Shown one piece after another: positions 28,475 through 38,410 of a stretch of DNA of 64,000 nucleotides. The DNA is from Candidatus Woesebacteria bacterium (lineage in GTDB: Bacteria; Patescibacteriota; Microgenomatia; UBA8517), in NCBI GenBank assembly GCA_020060565.1, contig JAGVAE010000002.1, positions 19,974 to 83,973 on the forward strand, given 5' to 3'. Numbering within the stretch: the first letter of the stretch is position 1; the number at the start of each line of letters is the position of its first letter. Under the pieces are notes generated by a model. The model did no database searches, had not been told where the DNA came from, and worked only from the letters and a program-made list of their open reading frames with translations. Both the position numbers and the translations under genes were made by a program.

Positions 28475-30715
28475 ATGGGGAGTTTTTTTGCAAAGGTGGG
28501 TCGTTTTTTGAAAAATCAAGTAAGTACGGCGAGAAATATTAAAAGATTAATATTTTTTACTGTTGTTATATCTATAACTGTTTATTTGTTCTGGGGGATC
28601 CCATTACCTGTTAATATTGCCAATAGCCAACCTGTTTCAACTAGGATATTGGATAGAAATGGAAAACTAATATATGAAATTTATTCAGAAAAAAGAAGAT
28701 CTCCCATTAGCCTTACCGATCTTCCCAAACATGTTACCCAAGCAACCATCGCGATTGAAGACAAAGACTTTTATAAACATAAAGGTTTTTCCCTAACAGG
28801 TATCACAAGAGCATTATATAAAAATATAGTTAAACAAAATATTCAAGGAGGCTCAACCATAAGTCAACAATTAGTCAAAAACGCCCTTTTAAGTAATGAG
28901 AAAACAATAAGAAGAAAGGCGCAGGAATTGATTCTAACTATTATAGTTGAAGGCGTTTATACTAAAGATCAGATTCTAGAGACTTATTTAAACACAATCC
29001 CTTATGGTGGAACCACTTACGGAATTGAGGAGGCAAGCGAAACTTATTTTGGAAAATCTGCCAAAGACTTAGATTTGGCACAAGCGGCTCTTCTTGCGGG
29101 GCTTCCTCAAAGACCTTCTACTTATTCCCCATTTGGAGCGCATCCAGAACTAGCAAAAAGTAGACAGGAAGAAGTTCTAAAACAAATGGTCGTCAGTAAA
29201 TTTATTACACAAGAAGAAGCTGATAAAGCAAAAAGTGAAACGTTGATTTATAGAAAAATCTCCCCTACCCAAGCTCCTCATTTTGCTCTTTGGATTAAGG
29301 AACAATTAGCTGATAAATATGGGGAAAAGAAAGTCGAACAGGGAGGGCTTAGGGTTTATACCACGCTTGACTTAGATATCCAAAATTATGCACAAGATGT
29401 TCTAGCCACAGAGGTTGCAAAACTCAAAAAACAAAATGTTGGCAATGGTGCTTTGATTGTTACAAGACCAGCAACTGGAGAGATTCTGGCCATGGTAGGG
29501 TCTAAGGACTACTTTGCCACCGACGAGGATGGAAAAGTAAATGTTATTCTGGCAAAACGTCAACCAGGAAGCTCTATAAAACCTCTTAATTATGCCTTAG
29601 CTCTTCGAGATCAAAAAATTACACTTGCCACAGCACTTGCTGATATTTCTACTTGTTTCCAGGTTTTAGGACAACCTAGCTATTGTCCAGTCAATTACGA
29701 TGGTATCTTTCATGGGCTAGTACAGATTAGATTTGCCTTGGGAAATTCATACAATATTCCAGCTGTTAAAGTACTTGCCCTTAATGGTGTTGACAACTTT
29801 GTGCGTTTTGCAAATCAAATGGGAATATCTACATTTACAGATCCAAAAAATTACGGTCTTTCTCTTACACTTGGAGGTGGAGAAGTTAAACCAATTGATA
29901 TGGCTGAAGCATTTGGAGTATTTGCTAATAGTGGAATTAGACAACCTCTAATTGCTGTTACAAAAGTAACCGATTGGAAAGGTCAAACATTGGAAGAGGT
30001 AAATTTGGAAAAGCTTAAATTAACAGGATCAAGAATTATTGATCCTTCAGTAGCGTTTTTAGTATCACACACCTTACTTGACAATAATGCCAGATCAAAC
30101 GCATTTGGCACAAGCTCATATTTAAACGTTTCAGGACATCCTGAAGTCTCTGTTAAAACAGGTACAACAAACGACAGGCGTGATAATTGGACAATTGGCT
30201 ATACTGCAAATGCAGTTGTTGTTGTCTGGGTAGGAAATAACGACAATTCGGAAATGGGTGGGGCTGTGTCTGGTATTTCAGGAGCCTCTCCTGTTTGGAA
30301 TAAGGTAATGAAGGCAACGCTGGACAAAGCCGAAAAAGGAGCATATGACGCTTCAGAAAAGGGTCATGCGTGGCCACGTCAACCCGGGGGCGTTGTTGGA
30401 GCCACTATCTGTTCTGATACTGGAGGTCTTCCAGGAAGTGATCCTTCAAATCCGGGTTGCCCTACAAGATTTGAATATTTCTTAGAAGGGACTGTTCCTT
30501 CAACTTCCTACGTTGTTGGTCAGGATGTTCAGATAAATAATGTCACAAGTCAGTTGGCGGGACCCAAAGATCCTGTTGAGATAATTCACACTGAAAACAA
30601 ACCCATTTATACAGACCCTACAGGTGCTTTATATTGTATGACTTGTCCGATTTCTTCCGAGTCAGCGAATATCAGATATCCACTTCTGCAAATATGGAAT
30701 TCTCCTTTTAATTAG
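28475..30715 (+). CDS. penicillin-binding protein 1A family (bifunctional glycosyltransferase/transpeptidase)
   Basis: N-terminal TM. GT51 motifs EDKDFYKHKGF and QGGSTISQQLVKN. Transpeptidase SxxK (GSSIKP), SxN, KTG (KTGTTND). Confidence 0.9.
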   Translation: MGSFFAKVGRFLKNQVSTARNIKRLIFFTVVISITVYLFWGIPLPVNIANSQPVSTRILDRNGKLIYEIYSEKRRSPISLTDLPKHVTQATIAIEDKDFYKHKGFSLTGITRALYKNIVKQNIQGGSTISQQLVKNALLSNEKTIRRKAQELILTIIVEGVYTKDQILETYLNTIPYGGTTYGIEEASETYFGKSAKDLDLAQAALLAGLPQRPSTYSPFGAHPELAKSRQEEVLKQMVVSKFITQEEADKAKSETLIYRKISPTQAPHFALWIKEQLADKYGEKKVEQGGLRVYTTLDLDIQNYAQDVLATEVAKLKKQNVGNGALIVTRPATGEILAMVGSKDYFATDEDGKVNVILAKRQPGSSIKPLNYALALRDQKITLATALADISTCFQVLGQPSYCPVNYDGIFHGLVQIRFALGNSYNIPAVKVLALNGVDNFVRFANQMGISTFTDPKNYGLSLTLGGGEVKPIDMAEAFGVFANSGIRQPLIAVTKVTDWKGQTLEEVNLEKLKLTGSRIIDPSVAFLVSHTLLDNNARSNAFGTSSYLNVSGHPEVSVKTGTTNDRRDNWTIGYTANAVVVVWVGNNDNSEMGGAVSGISGASPVWNKVMKATLDKAEKGAYDASEKGHAWPRQPGGVVGATICSDTGGLPGSDPSNPGCPTRFEYFLEGTVPSTSYVVGQDVQINNVTSQLAGPKDPVEIIHTENKPIYTDPTGALYCMTCPISSESANIRYPLLQIWNSPFN

Positions 30716-30721
30716 CCTCAG

Positions 30722-33103
30722 TTGGTGTATAATGCGCCAATGGCTGGGAAACAAGCCTCGACCAATCCCGCCCTATTCAAAATCCTAGCAAGGATTCTAG
30801 CTTCTATTGGACATCCTATCTATTTTGTTTTGTCACACATTATCCTTGTTTTAGTTTTTGTTTTGTACCAGATTACTAAACTAATTAAAAGTCTCAAACA
30901 AAAATCAAAAAAAACAAAGAAACCAGAGAAGAAACAAATTAAAAAAAGGATTAAGGTTACATCTAAAAAAGGATTGTTTGTTTTCAGTTTTCCAAAAATA
31001 AAGTTGCCATCTTTTGGAAAAATATTCAAGTTGGAAAGGTTAAGAATTGCTCTCTTTAAGTATAAAATTATCAGTAAAGTTAAAAAGTCTTTTGGAAAAA
31101 AGATTACACGATTTCAAAAACTTCAATTAAAGAAAAGGATTATTCTTCTATTTATATTTTTTATAGTTTTTTCTTTAATTTGTTATTTTTATTTTTTTAT
31201 TTTTTATGGTCTCCCCTCACCTAAGCAATTGGCTGCAAGAGAACCTCAGGTTTCAACAAAAATTTATGACAGAAACGGAAATCTTCTTTATAAAATCTAC
31301 AAAGATGAAAATAGAACCATAGTTCCCTTAACCCAAATTCCTATCCACGTCAGATTGGCTACACTTGCCGCTGAAGATGCTGAGTTTTATAATCATCCAG
31401 GTTTCTCTATTAAAGGGATTGTGAGAGCTTTAATTCAAGATATCCAAACAGGATCTCTTCAGGGGGGTTCCACCATTACCCAACAATTGATAAAAAACGT
31501 ACTTCTTTCTCCCGAAAAAACAATTACAAGAAAAATCAAAGAAGTAGTTTTATCCGTCGAAGCAGAGGCAACTTACACCAAAGATCAAATATTTGAGATG
31601 TATCTTAATCAAGTAAGTTATGGAGGAACAGCATATGGAGTCCAGGAAGCCTCATATCAATATTTTGGTAAGAATGTTGGGGATCTTAATTTAGCTGAGG
31701 CGGCCTATCTGGCAGGCTTAACAAAAAGTCCCACCAGGTATTCTCCATATGGAACTCGTCCCGAAGCTGGATTTGAACGTCAGAGAGAAATACTCCATCT
31801 AATGGCAGTTAATAGGTTTATTACCCAAGAGCAAGAGAATGAGGCTTCTGAAACAAAGCTGACATTTGTTCCTAATAAGAATGAGATTAAAGCTCCCCAT
31901 TTTGTAATGTATATAAGGACTCTTTTGGTTGATAAATATGGAGAAGAAATGGTATCAAAAGGGGGGTTAGAAGTAACAACTAGCTTAGATCTTCCCACTC
32001 AGGAATTAGCTGAGAAAATTGTTAAAACCGAGATCAATAACCTTAAACAATTGCGTGTAGGTAATGGTGCCGCTTTGATACTCAATCCCCAAACTGGAGA
32101 GATCTTGGCTATGGTTGGTTCTGCTAATTATTTTGACACGGAAAATGATGGACAAGTAAATGTAACCTTAAGACTAAGACAACCAGGGTCTTCAATTAAA
32201 GTAGTTAATTATGCATACGCTCTTTCTTACGGAATGACTCCTGCAAGCATTATTGATGATTCCCCTATTACATATGTCACTCCAGGATCTCCTCCATATT
32301 CACCTGTAAATTATGATGGAAAATATATTGGCAATGTTTCTTTAAGAAATGCGCTAGCACAAAGTAGAAATATTCCAGCGGTCAAAACTCTTGCAAGTTA
32401 TGGAGTAGATAAAATGATAACTCAGGGGAGAGATTTGGGTATTACTACCTGGAATGAACCTAGTAAATATGGATTGTCTTTGACACTTGGAGGAGGTGCT
32501 GTAACTGCGCTTGATTTGTCTAAGGTTTACTCAACACTAGCAAATTATGGAAAAAGGCCTGATGTAATGCCCATTCTATCCGTTAAAGATTATAAAGGTA
32601 AAGTTTTAGAGAAAAATTCTGTAAACACCACCCAGGTACTTAGTCCGGCAGTTGCTTTTTCTTTGACAGATATTCTAAAGGATAATGTTGCCAGATCAGC
32701 CGAATTTGGACTAAATTCATACCTAGTTATCAAAAATCATCCTGAAGTTGCAGTAAAAACTGGAACGAGTAATGACTTAAGGGATAATTGGACCGTTGGT
32801 TACAACCAAAATTTCTTAGTGCTAACTTGGGTGGGTAATAATGACAACTCCCCAATGAGTAGAATTGCCTCAGGAATAACAGGGGCCTCTCCTATTTGGA
32901 ATAAAATAATGTCAGCTCTTTTGGTAGACGTTCCATCAATTGATTGGAAAGCTCCCGATGAGATGATAAGAATTAATTGTTTAGGTAGAGGTGAGTGGTT
33001 TTTAACTGGGGCTGTTCCAGCAAATTACTGCAAACCAACCCCCTCCCCAGTCCCAACGTCTGAGAGTCAAATTTTGGATGGAGTCTCAACTGTTAATCGT
33101 TAA
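30722..33103 (+). CDS. penicillin-binding protein 1A family paralogue with Lys-rich N-terminal extension
   Basis: EDAEFYNHPGF and QGGSTITQQLIKN (GT51). SSIKV / KTGTSND transpeptidase motifs. About 150-aa basic, repetitive N-terminal region before the TM helix. Confidence 0.9.
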   Translation: MVYNAPMAGKQASTNPALFKILARILASIGHPIYFVLSHIILVLVFVLYQITKLIKSLKQKSKKTKKPEKKQIKKRIKVTSKKGLFVFSFPKIKLPSFGKIFKLERLRIALFKYKIISKVKKSFGKKITRFQKLQLKKRIILLFIFFIVFSLICYFYFFIFYGLPSPKQLAAREPQVSTKIYDRNGNLLYKIYKDENRTIVPLTQIPIHVRLATLAAEDAEFYNHPGFSIKGIVRALIQDIQTGSLQGGSTITQQLIKNVLLSPEKTITRKIKEVVLSVEAEATYTKDQIFEMYLNQVSYGGTAYGVQEASYQYFGKNVGDLNLAEAAYLAGLTKSPTRYSPYGTRPEAGFERQREILHLMAVNRFITQEQENEASETKLTFVPNKNEIKAPHFVMYIRTLLVDKYGEEMVSKGGLEVTTSLDLPTQELAEKIVKTEINNLKQLRVGNGAALILNPQTGEILAMVGSANYFDTENDGQVNVTLRLRQPGSSIKVVNYAYALSYGMTPASIIDDSPITYVTPGSPPYSPVNYDGKYIGNVSLRNALAQSRNIPAVKTLASYGVDKMITQGRDLGITTWNEPSKYGLSLTLGGGAVTALDLSKVYSTLANYGKRPDVMPILSVKDYKGKVLEKNSVNTTQVLSPAVAFSLTDILKDNVARSAEFGLNSYLVIKNHPEVAVKTGTSNDLRDNWTVGYNQNFLVLTWVGNNDNSPMSRIASGITGASPIWNKIMSALLVDVPSIDWKAPDEMIRINCLGRGEWFLTGAVPANYCKPTPSPVPTSESQILDGVSTVNR

Positions 33104-33737
33104 GTTCCTTGTATAAAAGGTAAGAAGGAAGAATGGTAAGTGCCCCAAGAAGTGTAAGTATGTACGATCCTATGCTATATGGAATATAGGAAGCAGCTAG
33201 TCCCAAGACCGCTCCAAACAAGCCAAATATTATAAATCTACCCAATATCGCCCAAAATCTCCCCTTTACTAATGCTTTACTTTTACTCATAGATGCTTTC
33301 ACCCCTAATTCTTTATCAACAAAAACAAATGTTGAGAATGAAAACCAAATTGCAAATATAATTCCTGGAATAATAAGAAGGATTGTTCCTCCTAAATCAA
33401 CCAGAAAAACGAGAACTGAGACCAAGAAAAATCCCCAAAGTTTTTTCCAAGAAAGAACAAATGTTTCTTTTATACTCAAATTCTCATTATCCACTACTTT
33501 TTTTACTGCCATAATCCCAGCTAATGAAATAAGTAAATAAATAACTAAATATAAAATATCAACAGTAGCGATTACTCCACTTAACAAGGTTAAATTTAAA
33601 CTTTCTCTAAAATATTGGAAAGCTTGAAAAGGAACTAATACTGCATAAACTAAAATGAAATATATTAAATTCTTTTTGTCAAAAAAGATTTTTATTGAGC
33701 TTTCTATTAATTTAAATGGTGATGATAATTTTTGCAT
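33093..33737 (-). CDS. polytopic membrane protein (hypothetical)
   Basis: 214 aa with 5-6 predicted TM helices. Overlaps the PBP stop by 11 nt, convergent. Confidence 0.45.
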   Translation of the reverse strand: MQKLSSPFKLIESSIKIFFDKKNLIYFILVYAVLVPFQAFQYFRESLNLTLLSGVIATVDILYLVIYLLISLAGIMAVKKVVDNENLSIKETFVLSWKKLWGFFLVSVLVFLVDLGGTILLIIPGIIFAIWFSFSTFVFVDKELGVKASMSKSKALVKGRFWAILGRFIIFGLFGAVLGLAASYIPYSIGSYILTLLGALTILPSYLLYKELND

Positions 33738-33751
33738 GGTCCAAAACTTAG

Positions 33752-34888
33752 TTATTGTACATCATTTTCGATGGTGTAAATATCCCTTGATATTTTGGGA
33801 AATATTACACTTGCATCATTTTCGTTTATTCCCTGACTCATGATTATTAGAACATATGGTTTATCGGCAAGAACTATTCCCCCATCAGCAATCACTTTTG
33901 TGTCTTGTCCAAACTTATGTGCAACTTTTGTGTTTTTAGGTACTCCCGCAGTAATCCAATTTTCATAAATGGTATTTTGTAAAAAACCAAGTATTTCATC
34001 GCGATTTGTTTGACCTACAAGCTTTCCATTCCAAAGTTTGGTAAAAAGAAGGCCGAAATCATTAGGGGTGGTCATACCTGTTTCGATATTGGTACTATTC
34101 ATTCCTATTTCATTTAAATAATTTTTAAGTTTATCCGCCCCTATTACATCTTTCATCACTTTATAGGCGGTTCTGTCTGAATTTTTACCCATATATTCTG
34201 CCAGTTTACGATAGGTATATGTTGTTCCCGCAGACTGTGTAAACAAAACCCCCGAACCTCTGACTTTATCTGTCTCTCTTAATGTGTATTTTGTATCTAA
34301 ATCTAGGCTTCCTTCTTCTGACATTTTGTACATTAGAGTAATCAAGGGAAGCTTTAGAAGTGATGCTCCTTGAAATTGACTATCGCTACTTACTCCATAA
34401 TTTATTCCATCATTAAGTCTTACAACCAAAAATCCGTAAAAACCCGAAAGGGGTTGAATATTGTTTTTAAATTGTGTTATTGCTTTTTGAGCTTTTGCAT
34501 CATTTTGTATTGAACTGCTTTTCTGTCCGACTTGAATTATCTCCTCACCAAATGGGTTTCCCATATTGATATTTTTGAATGAAATTTTAGGAAGCCCTGG
34601 AAGTTTAAAATCATGAGAGAAAAGAAACATACCAGTTGCCAAAAGTGTGGTTATTAAAAAGAAAATAAGAACGGTTAATCGTTCACTCTTCCCCCAAGGC
34701 TTAGGTGGTTCTTTTCTTTTTCTTTTGTTTTCTGGGTTTAAATCTTTAAATTTTCTAGTTAATTTTCTATCCCTATATTCCTCTTCCTCACTAAAACCCT
34801 CTTCATCTTCATATTCTTCTTCTTTTTTATTTCCAAATAAACCCATAAATCTATTATCTCCTTTTCTCCCATACCGTTTCGTCAACAA
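33752..34888 (-). CDS. class A beta-lactamase-like serine hydrolase with N-terminal charged low-complexity region and TM anchor
   Basis: SxxK (GASLLKLP), SDR (SDN-like) and KFG (KTG-like) motifs. N-terminus EEEYEDEEGFSEEEEYRDRK then TM helix. Confidence 0.55.
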   Translation of the reverse strand: MLTKRYGRKGDNRFMGLFGNKKEEEYEDEEGFSEEEEYRDRKLTRKFKDLNPENKRKRKEPPKPWGKSERLTVLIFFLITTLLATGMFLFSHDFKLPGLPKISFKNINMGNPFGEEIIQVGQKSSSIQNDAKAQKAITQFKNNIQPLSGFYGFLVVRLNDGINYGVSSDSQFQGASLLKLPLITLMYKMSEEGSLDLDTKYTLRETDKVRGSGVLFTQSAGTTYTYRKLAEYMGKNSDRTAYKVMKDVIGADKLKNYLNEIGMNSTNIETGMTTPNDFGLLFTKLWNGKLVGQTNRDEILGFLQNTIYENWITAGVPKNTKVAHKFGQDTKVIADGGIVLADKPYVLIIMSQGINENDASVIFPKISRDIYTIENDVQ

Positions 34889-35855
34889 GGTTTTGGGGTT
34901 TGGTGTTAGCTAAAGCGTCAAGAATTGAGGCAACTGCCTGTTCCCCCATTTTGTTTCTAGCTTCATATGTGGCTGATGCTATGTGGGGAGTAGTCACAAC
35001 GTCTGGCATATCATATAGCTCTGGACTGATATTTGGTTCATTATCAAAAACATCTAGAGCCGCTCCCCCAAGATGCCCCGATCTTAATGCTTCTACTAGG
35101 TCACGTTCTTGTACAACTGGTCCTCTTGCTGTGTTAACTAAAAATGCTCCCTTTTTCATTTTGGCAAGAGTTTCTTTATTTATCATATGTCTTGTTTCCT
35201 CAGTCAGGGGAACATGCAGGCTAACCACATCTGAAGAGGCGAAAAGTTCATCAAGTGTAACAAATTTGATCTGTATTTCTCGTTCCGCCACCTCATCTCT
35301 CGTATGTTTATTGTAAATAACATTCATTTTAAATCCCATTGCACGTCTAGCTACCATTGATCCAATTCTCCCCAGTCCTACTATTCCCAGGGTTTTGCCT
35401 ATCAAGTTTGTTCCCAAAAATACATCAGGCTCCCACCCTCTATAAGCCCCTCTTCTTGTCGCTTCATCTGCTTCAACAATGCGTCTTGTAAGAGATAATA
35501 TTAAGGCCCAGGTGTGTTCAGCTACTGCTTCATTTACTTCTTCCGAGGGGGTGTTGGTTACCAAAATTCCCCGCTCGGATGCGGCTTTTACATCAATATT
35601 GTCAAAACCGACTGCATAATTACTAATTATTTTTAGGTTGGGGCCAATTGCGTCCATTACATCCCCGTCAATTTTGTCCGTAAGAAGGCAAAGGAGAGCA
35701 TCAACTCCTTTTGCTTTTGACAAAAGCTCTTCAGAAGTTAGTGTTCTACTGAATTCGGAGATAACAACTTCGTTTCCGTTAACTTTCAGCTTTTCCAAGT
35801 GTTCACCTGGTATTTGTCGTGTTACAAAAATTTTCATATTATAAATTTTGTACAA
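34854..35855 (-). CDS. D-isomer-specific 2-hydroxyacid dehydrogenase (glyoxylate/hydroxypyruvate reductase or PGDH-like)
   Basis: NAD-binding GKTLGIVGLGRIGSMVARR. Catalytic R...E...H triad region (VVTTPHIASAT). Confidence 0.85.
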   Translation of the reverse strand: MYKIYNMKIFVTRQIPGEHLEKLKVNGNEVVISEFSRTLTSEELLSKAKGVDALLCLLTDKIDGDVMDAIGPNLKIISNYAVGFDNIDVKAASERGILVTNTPSEEVNEAVAEHTWALILSLTRRIVEADEATRRGAYRGWEPDVFLGTNLIGKTLGIVGLGRIGSMVARRAMGFKMNVIYNKHTRDEVAEREIQIKFVTLDELFASSDVVSLHVPLTEETRHMINKETLAKMKKGAFLVNTARGPVVQERDLVEALRSGHLGGAALDVFDNEPNISPELYDMPDVVTTPHIASATYEARNKMGEQAVASILDALANTKPQNLVDETVWEKRR

Positions 35856-36855
35856 CTACTCCGCTACTTTTTGCTCGTTCAATCCATGTTGGCATTTCAG
35901 ATTCTTTAAGTAAACCTTTCTGGCTTCCAGTGTAACCAATTACTGAGGCTGAATTACACGTTCCCCAAAGGAGAGCTTCATCAAGTGTCTTTCCATGAAT
36001 AAGTGCGGAAAGGCAACCAGAACCAAATGCATCTCCTGCTCCAGTCCTTTCATATGCATCCACTGGAAGAACTCCTGCTCTAAAAAACTTTCCATAAATT
36101 GAGTCGTACGCAAAAGCACCACCACTTCCGTCGGTAATGATACAAACCTTGGGCCCCAACTTATTAAGAGCTATTAAAAGATCCCGCTCTTTACCCAAAC
36201 TATCACCTTGAAAGTTGGTTAATTTTTCTGCTTCCTCACGATTTACATTGATAAGATGTGACAGTGTCATTATTGCTTCTATGTTTTTATATTCACCCCT
36301 TAGTTGCCAGCTTCCAGGATTAAACGCAAGTTTTACCGTAGGATTTGTCTTTAACCACTCAGTCATATGATTGTAAAAAGGCAAGAAACTTTCTCCCATT
36401 GAGGTTAAGTACACCCAAGAAGTTACAGGAAGTTTTATTGGAAATTCATATGAACGAGGTGCGTGGTATACAAAAATAGTCCGCTCTCCTGAGTAATTAA
36501 TAATGGTTGAATAATTAGAAGACGTACCAGGTTGTTGAATAATATATGTTGGATCTACCCCCTCTGCTTTAAGCCTAGAAACAATCATCTCCCCTACACT
36601 GTCTTGTCCAAGTGTTAAGACAATTGAGGTATTTATTCCCAATCTTTCCACCCCGACTGCATTATTGGCCGCATTTCCTCCTATTGAGAATTCTAAATTT
36701 TTTACTGGAATTTTATCTCCATACGAAAACGCAATCAGACACTCTTTCGAGTCCAGTCTGCAAACAGTTTCGCTTTCAAGGGGAGTCATGAATGTATCAA
36801 TTGATGCGTCTCCTATACTTAAAAGGTCAGTAGCTTTTAAATCAGAGTTGTCCAT
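35839..36855 (-). CDS. PfkB-family carbohydrate kinase
   Basis: C-terminal TGAGDAFGSGCLSAL (DTxGAGDxF) and N-terminal GG dipeptide region. Adjacent to fba. Confidence 0.8.
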   Translation of the reverse strand: MDNSDLKATDLLSIGDASIDTFMTPLESETVCRLDSKECLIAFSYGDKIPVKNLEFSIGGNAANNAVGVERLGINTSIVLTLGQDSVGEMIVSRLKAEGVDPTYIIQQPGTSSNYSTIINYSGERTIFVYHAPRSYEFPIKLPVTSWVYLTSMGESFLPFYNHMTEWLKTNPTVKLAFNPGSWQLRGEYKNIEAIMTLSHLINVNREEAEKLTNFQGDSLGKERDLLIALNKLGPKVCIITDGSGGAFAYDSIYGKFFRAGVLPVDAYERTGAGDAFGSGCLSALIHGKTLDEALLWGTCNSASVIGYTGSQKGLLKESEMPTWIERAKSSGVVVQNL

Positions 36856-37813
36856 TTCTTGCTTTTGATACCCTTTCTAACCGATCAAGGAATACTTTCT
36901 GGGCTGAGATAATATTTTCACCTTTCCCTGCCCAAGTTGCCATTACTTCTTCTTGAAGAGCCCTGGAATATGAGAAGGAAATTGTCCAGGACGCATCTTT
37001 CCTTCTTTTGACTATTTCATTTAGATTGTTTGTAGCCTCATCTGGAGTCTGACCACCTGAAAGAAATACTACTCCACCAATCCCAATTGGTACTGATTTT
37101 TCCAAGGATCTTAAGGTTGCTTCTGCTACTTCCAGGGGGGCAGCCTTGACTCCACTATCTTTTCCAGGAAGAACCATATTGGTTTTAAGAATTATATTTT
37201 TTAAATCAATATTTGCTTCTTTTAACTTATCAAATAACATTTGCCAAACAACTACCGATATTTCTGCACATCGTGTGGTTGTGTGGTTGCCATCAAGAAG
37301 AATTTCAGGTTCAACAATCGGCACCATATTATTTTGAATAGAAATTTTTACATACTCAACCATACGGTTTAGGTTTTCCTCAAGAAATGATGGTGATGGA
37401 AAAATATCTGTAATTTTAAAAACACCTCTCCATTTAGTAAATTTAAGTCCTAAGTCAAAATACTCTTTAAGACGCATATCGAGAGTGTCCAAGCCTTTCG
37501 TTAATTGCTCTTCTGTACCATTAAAGGATTCCAAACCTTCGTCAACTTTTATTCCAGCGATTATTCCTTTTTCTTGAAGAATATTATGCAGATTTTGTTT
37601 TGTCGATTCATCATACAAAATGACTCCCCCCAGATAATTCTCGATACCTTCTGTTGTAAAAAGCATCTCGCGATATTTTTTATTTAGTTCAGGAGTTGAA
37701 ATAAGACCAAGGCTGGCAAACCGTTTTTCAATTGTATGAGTGCTTTCGTCTGCTGCCAATATCCCCTTCCCAAACTGTAATAGTTTATTAATTGTTTCTT
37801 GCATGAAATTCAA
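36842..37813 (-). CDS. fba: fructose-bisphosphate aldolase, class I
   Basis: KGILAADESTHTIEKRF... and Schiff-base lysine region, characteristic of class I FBA. Confidence 0.85.
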   Translation of the reverse strand: MNFMQETINKLLQFGKGILAADESTHTIEKRFASLGLISTPELNKKYREMLFTTEGIENYLGGVILYDESTKQNLHNILQEKGIIAGIKVDEGLESFNGTEEQLTKGLDTLDMRLKEYFDLGLKFTKWRGVFKITDIFPSPSFLEENLNRMVEYVKISIQNNMVPIVEPEILLDGNHTTTRCAEISVVVWQMLFDKLKEANIDLKNIILKTNMVLPGKDSGVKAAPLEVAEATLRSLEKSVPIGIGGVVFLSGGQTPDEATNNLNEIVKRRKDASWTISFSYSRALQEEVMATWAGKGENIISAQKVFLDRLERVSKARNGQL

Positions 37814-37857
37814 GCTCCGCTTATAGACAGTGTTATATTAGTGTACAATATCCGAGT

Positions 37858-38211
37858 ATGGATCCCCAAGCACCAAACATTCCACCTAACAATTCCGGTC
37901 CCTTGACTATTATCAGTATGGCTGTTTTTGTTTTAATGTCTTTAGCCGTTGTTGGTTTTTTTTATTACCAAAATCAACAATTAAAAGATATTATTGCTAA
38001 TTACCCAACTCCAGTTGTATCAATATCTCCGTCGATTATTCCTTCTCCCACAATTGAGGCTACTGCAAGCGCTTCACCAATAGCCAATAAAACTATCAAA
38101 CCCAGTTCTACCCCAAAGGCCTGCACAATGGAAGCAAAAATTTGTCCTGATGGAAGTGCTGTAGGAAGAAGTGGTCCCAATTGTGAGTTTGCCCCCTGCC
38201 CAACTCCTTAA
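37858..38211 (+). CDS. hypothetical membrane-anchored Pro/Ser-rich protein
   Basis: TM helix then Ser/Pro-rich linker and four Cys at the C-terminus. Confidence 0.4.
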   Translation: MDPQAPNIPPNNSGPLTIISMAVFVLMSLAVVGFFYYQNQQLKDIIANYPTPVVSISPSIIPSPTIEATASASPIANKTIKPSSTPKACTMEAKICPDGSAVGRSGPNCEFAPCPTP

Positions 38212-38216
38212 ATCTT

Positions 38217-38403
38217 CTATAAAGTTTTGAATTCTTTTTCAACAGCATCTGCTATGTATTGTTTCATTAAAGTTTGATAAGGCATATCTTTTTTATTTGC
38301 TACAACCTTAACTTTAGCTAACAAACCAGTAGTGATTCTTAAAGAAATTGGTTGCCTTGTTAATTTTAAATTTGGGTATTGGTTTAAGTTTTTTATTTTT
38401 CAT
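38217..38403 (-). pseudogene. brnA-like antitoxin remnant (internal deletion + frameshift)
   Basis: Frame A MKNKKLKPIPKFKIN... stops after 29 codons. Frame B continues PNLKLTRQPISLRITTGLLAKVKVVANKKDMPYQTLMKQYIADAVEKEFKTL. Both halves align to the intact BrnA at 58504..58788 (MKKLEKVKKLKKIPKFKSE... / ...[42 protein letters not shown]). The roughly 25 middle codons are missing. Confidence 0.5.
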
Positions 38404-38410
38404 ATTTTTG

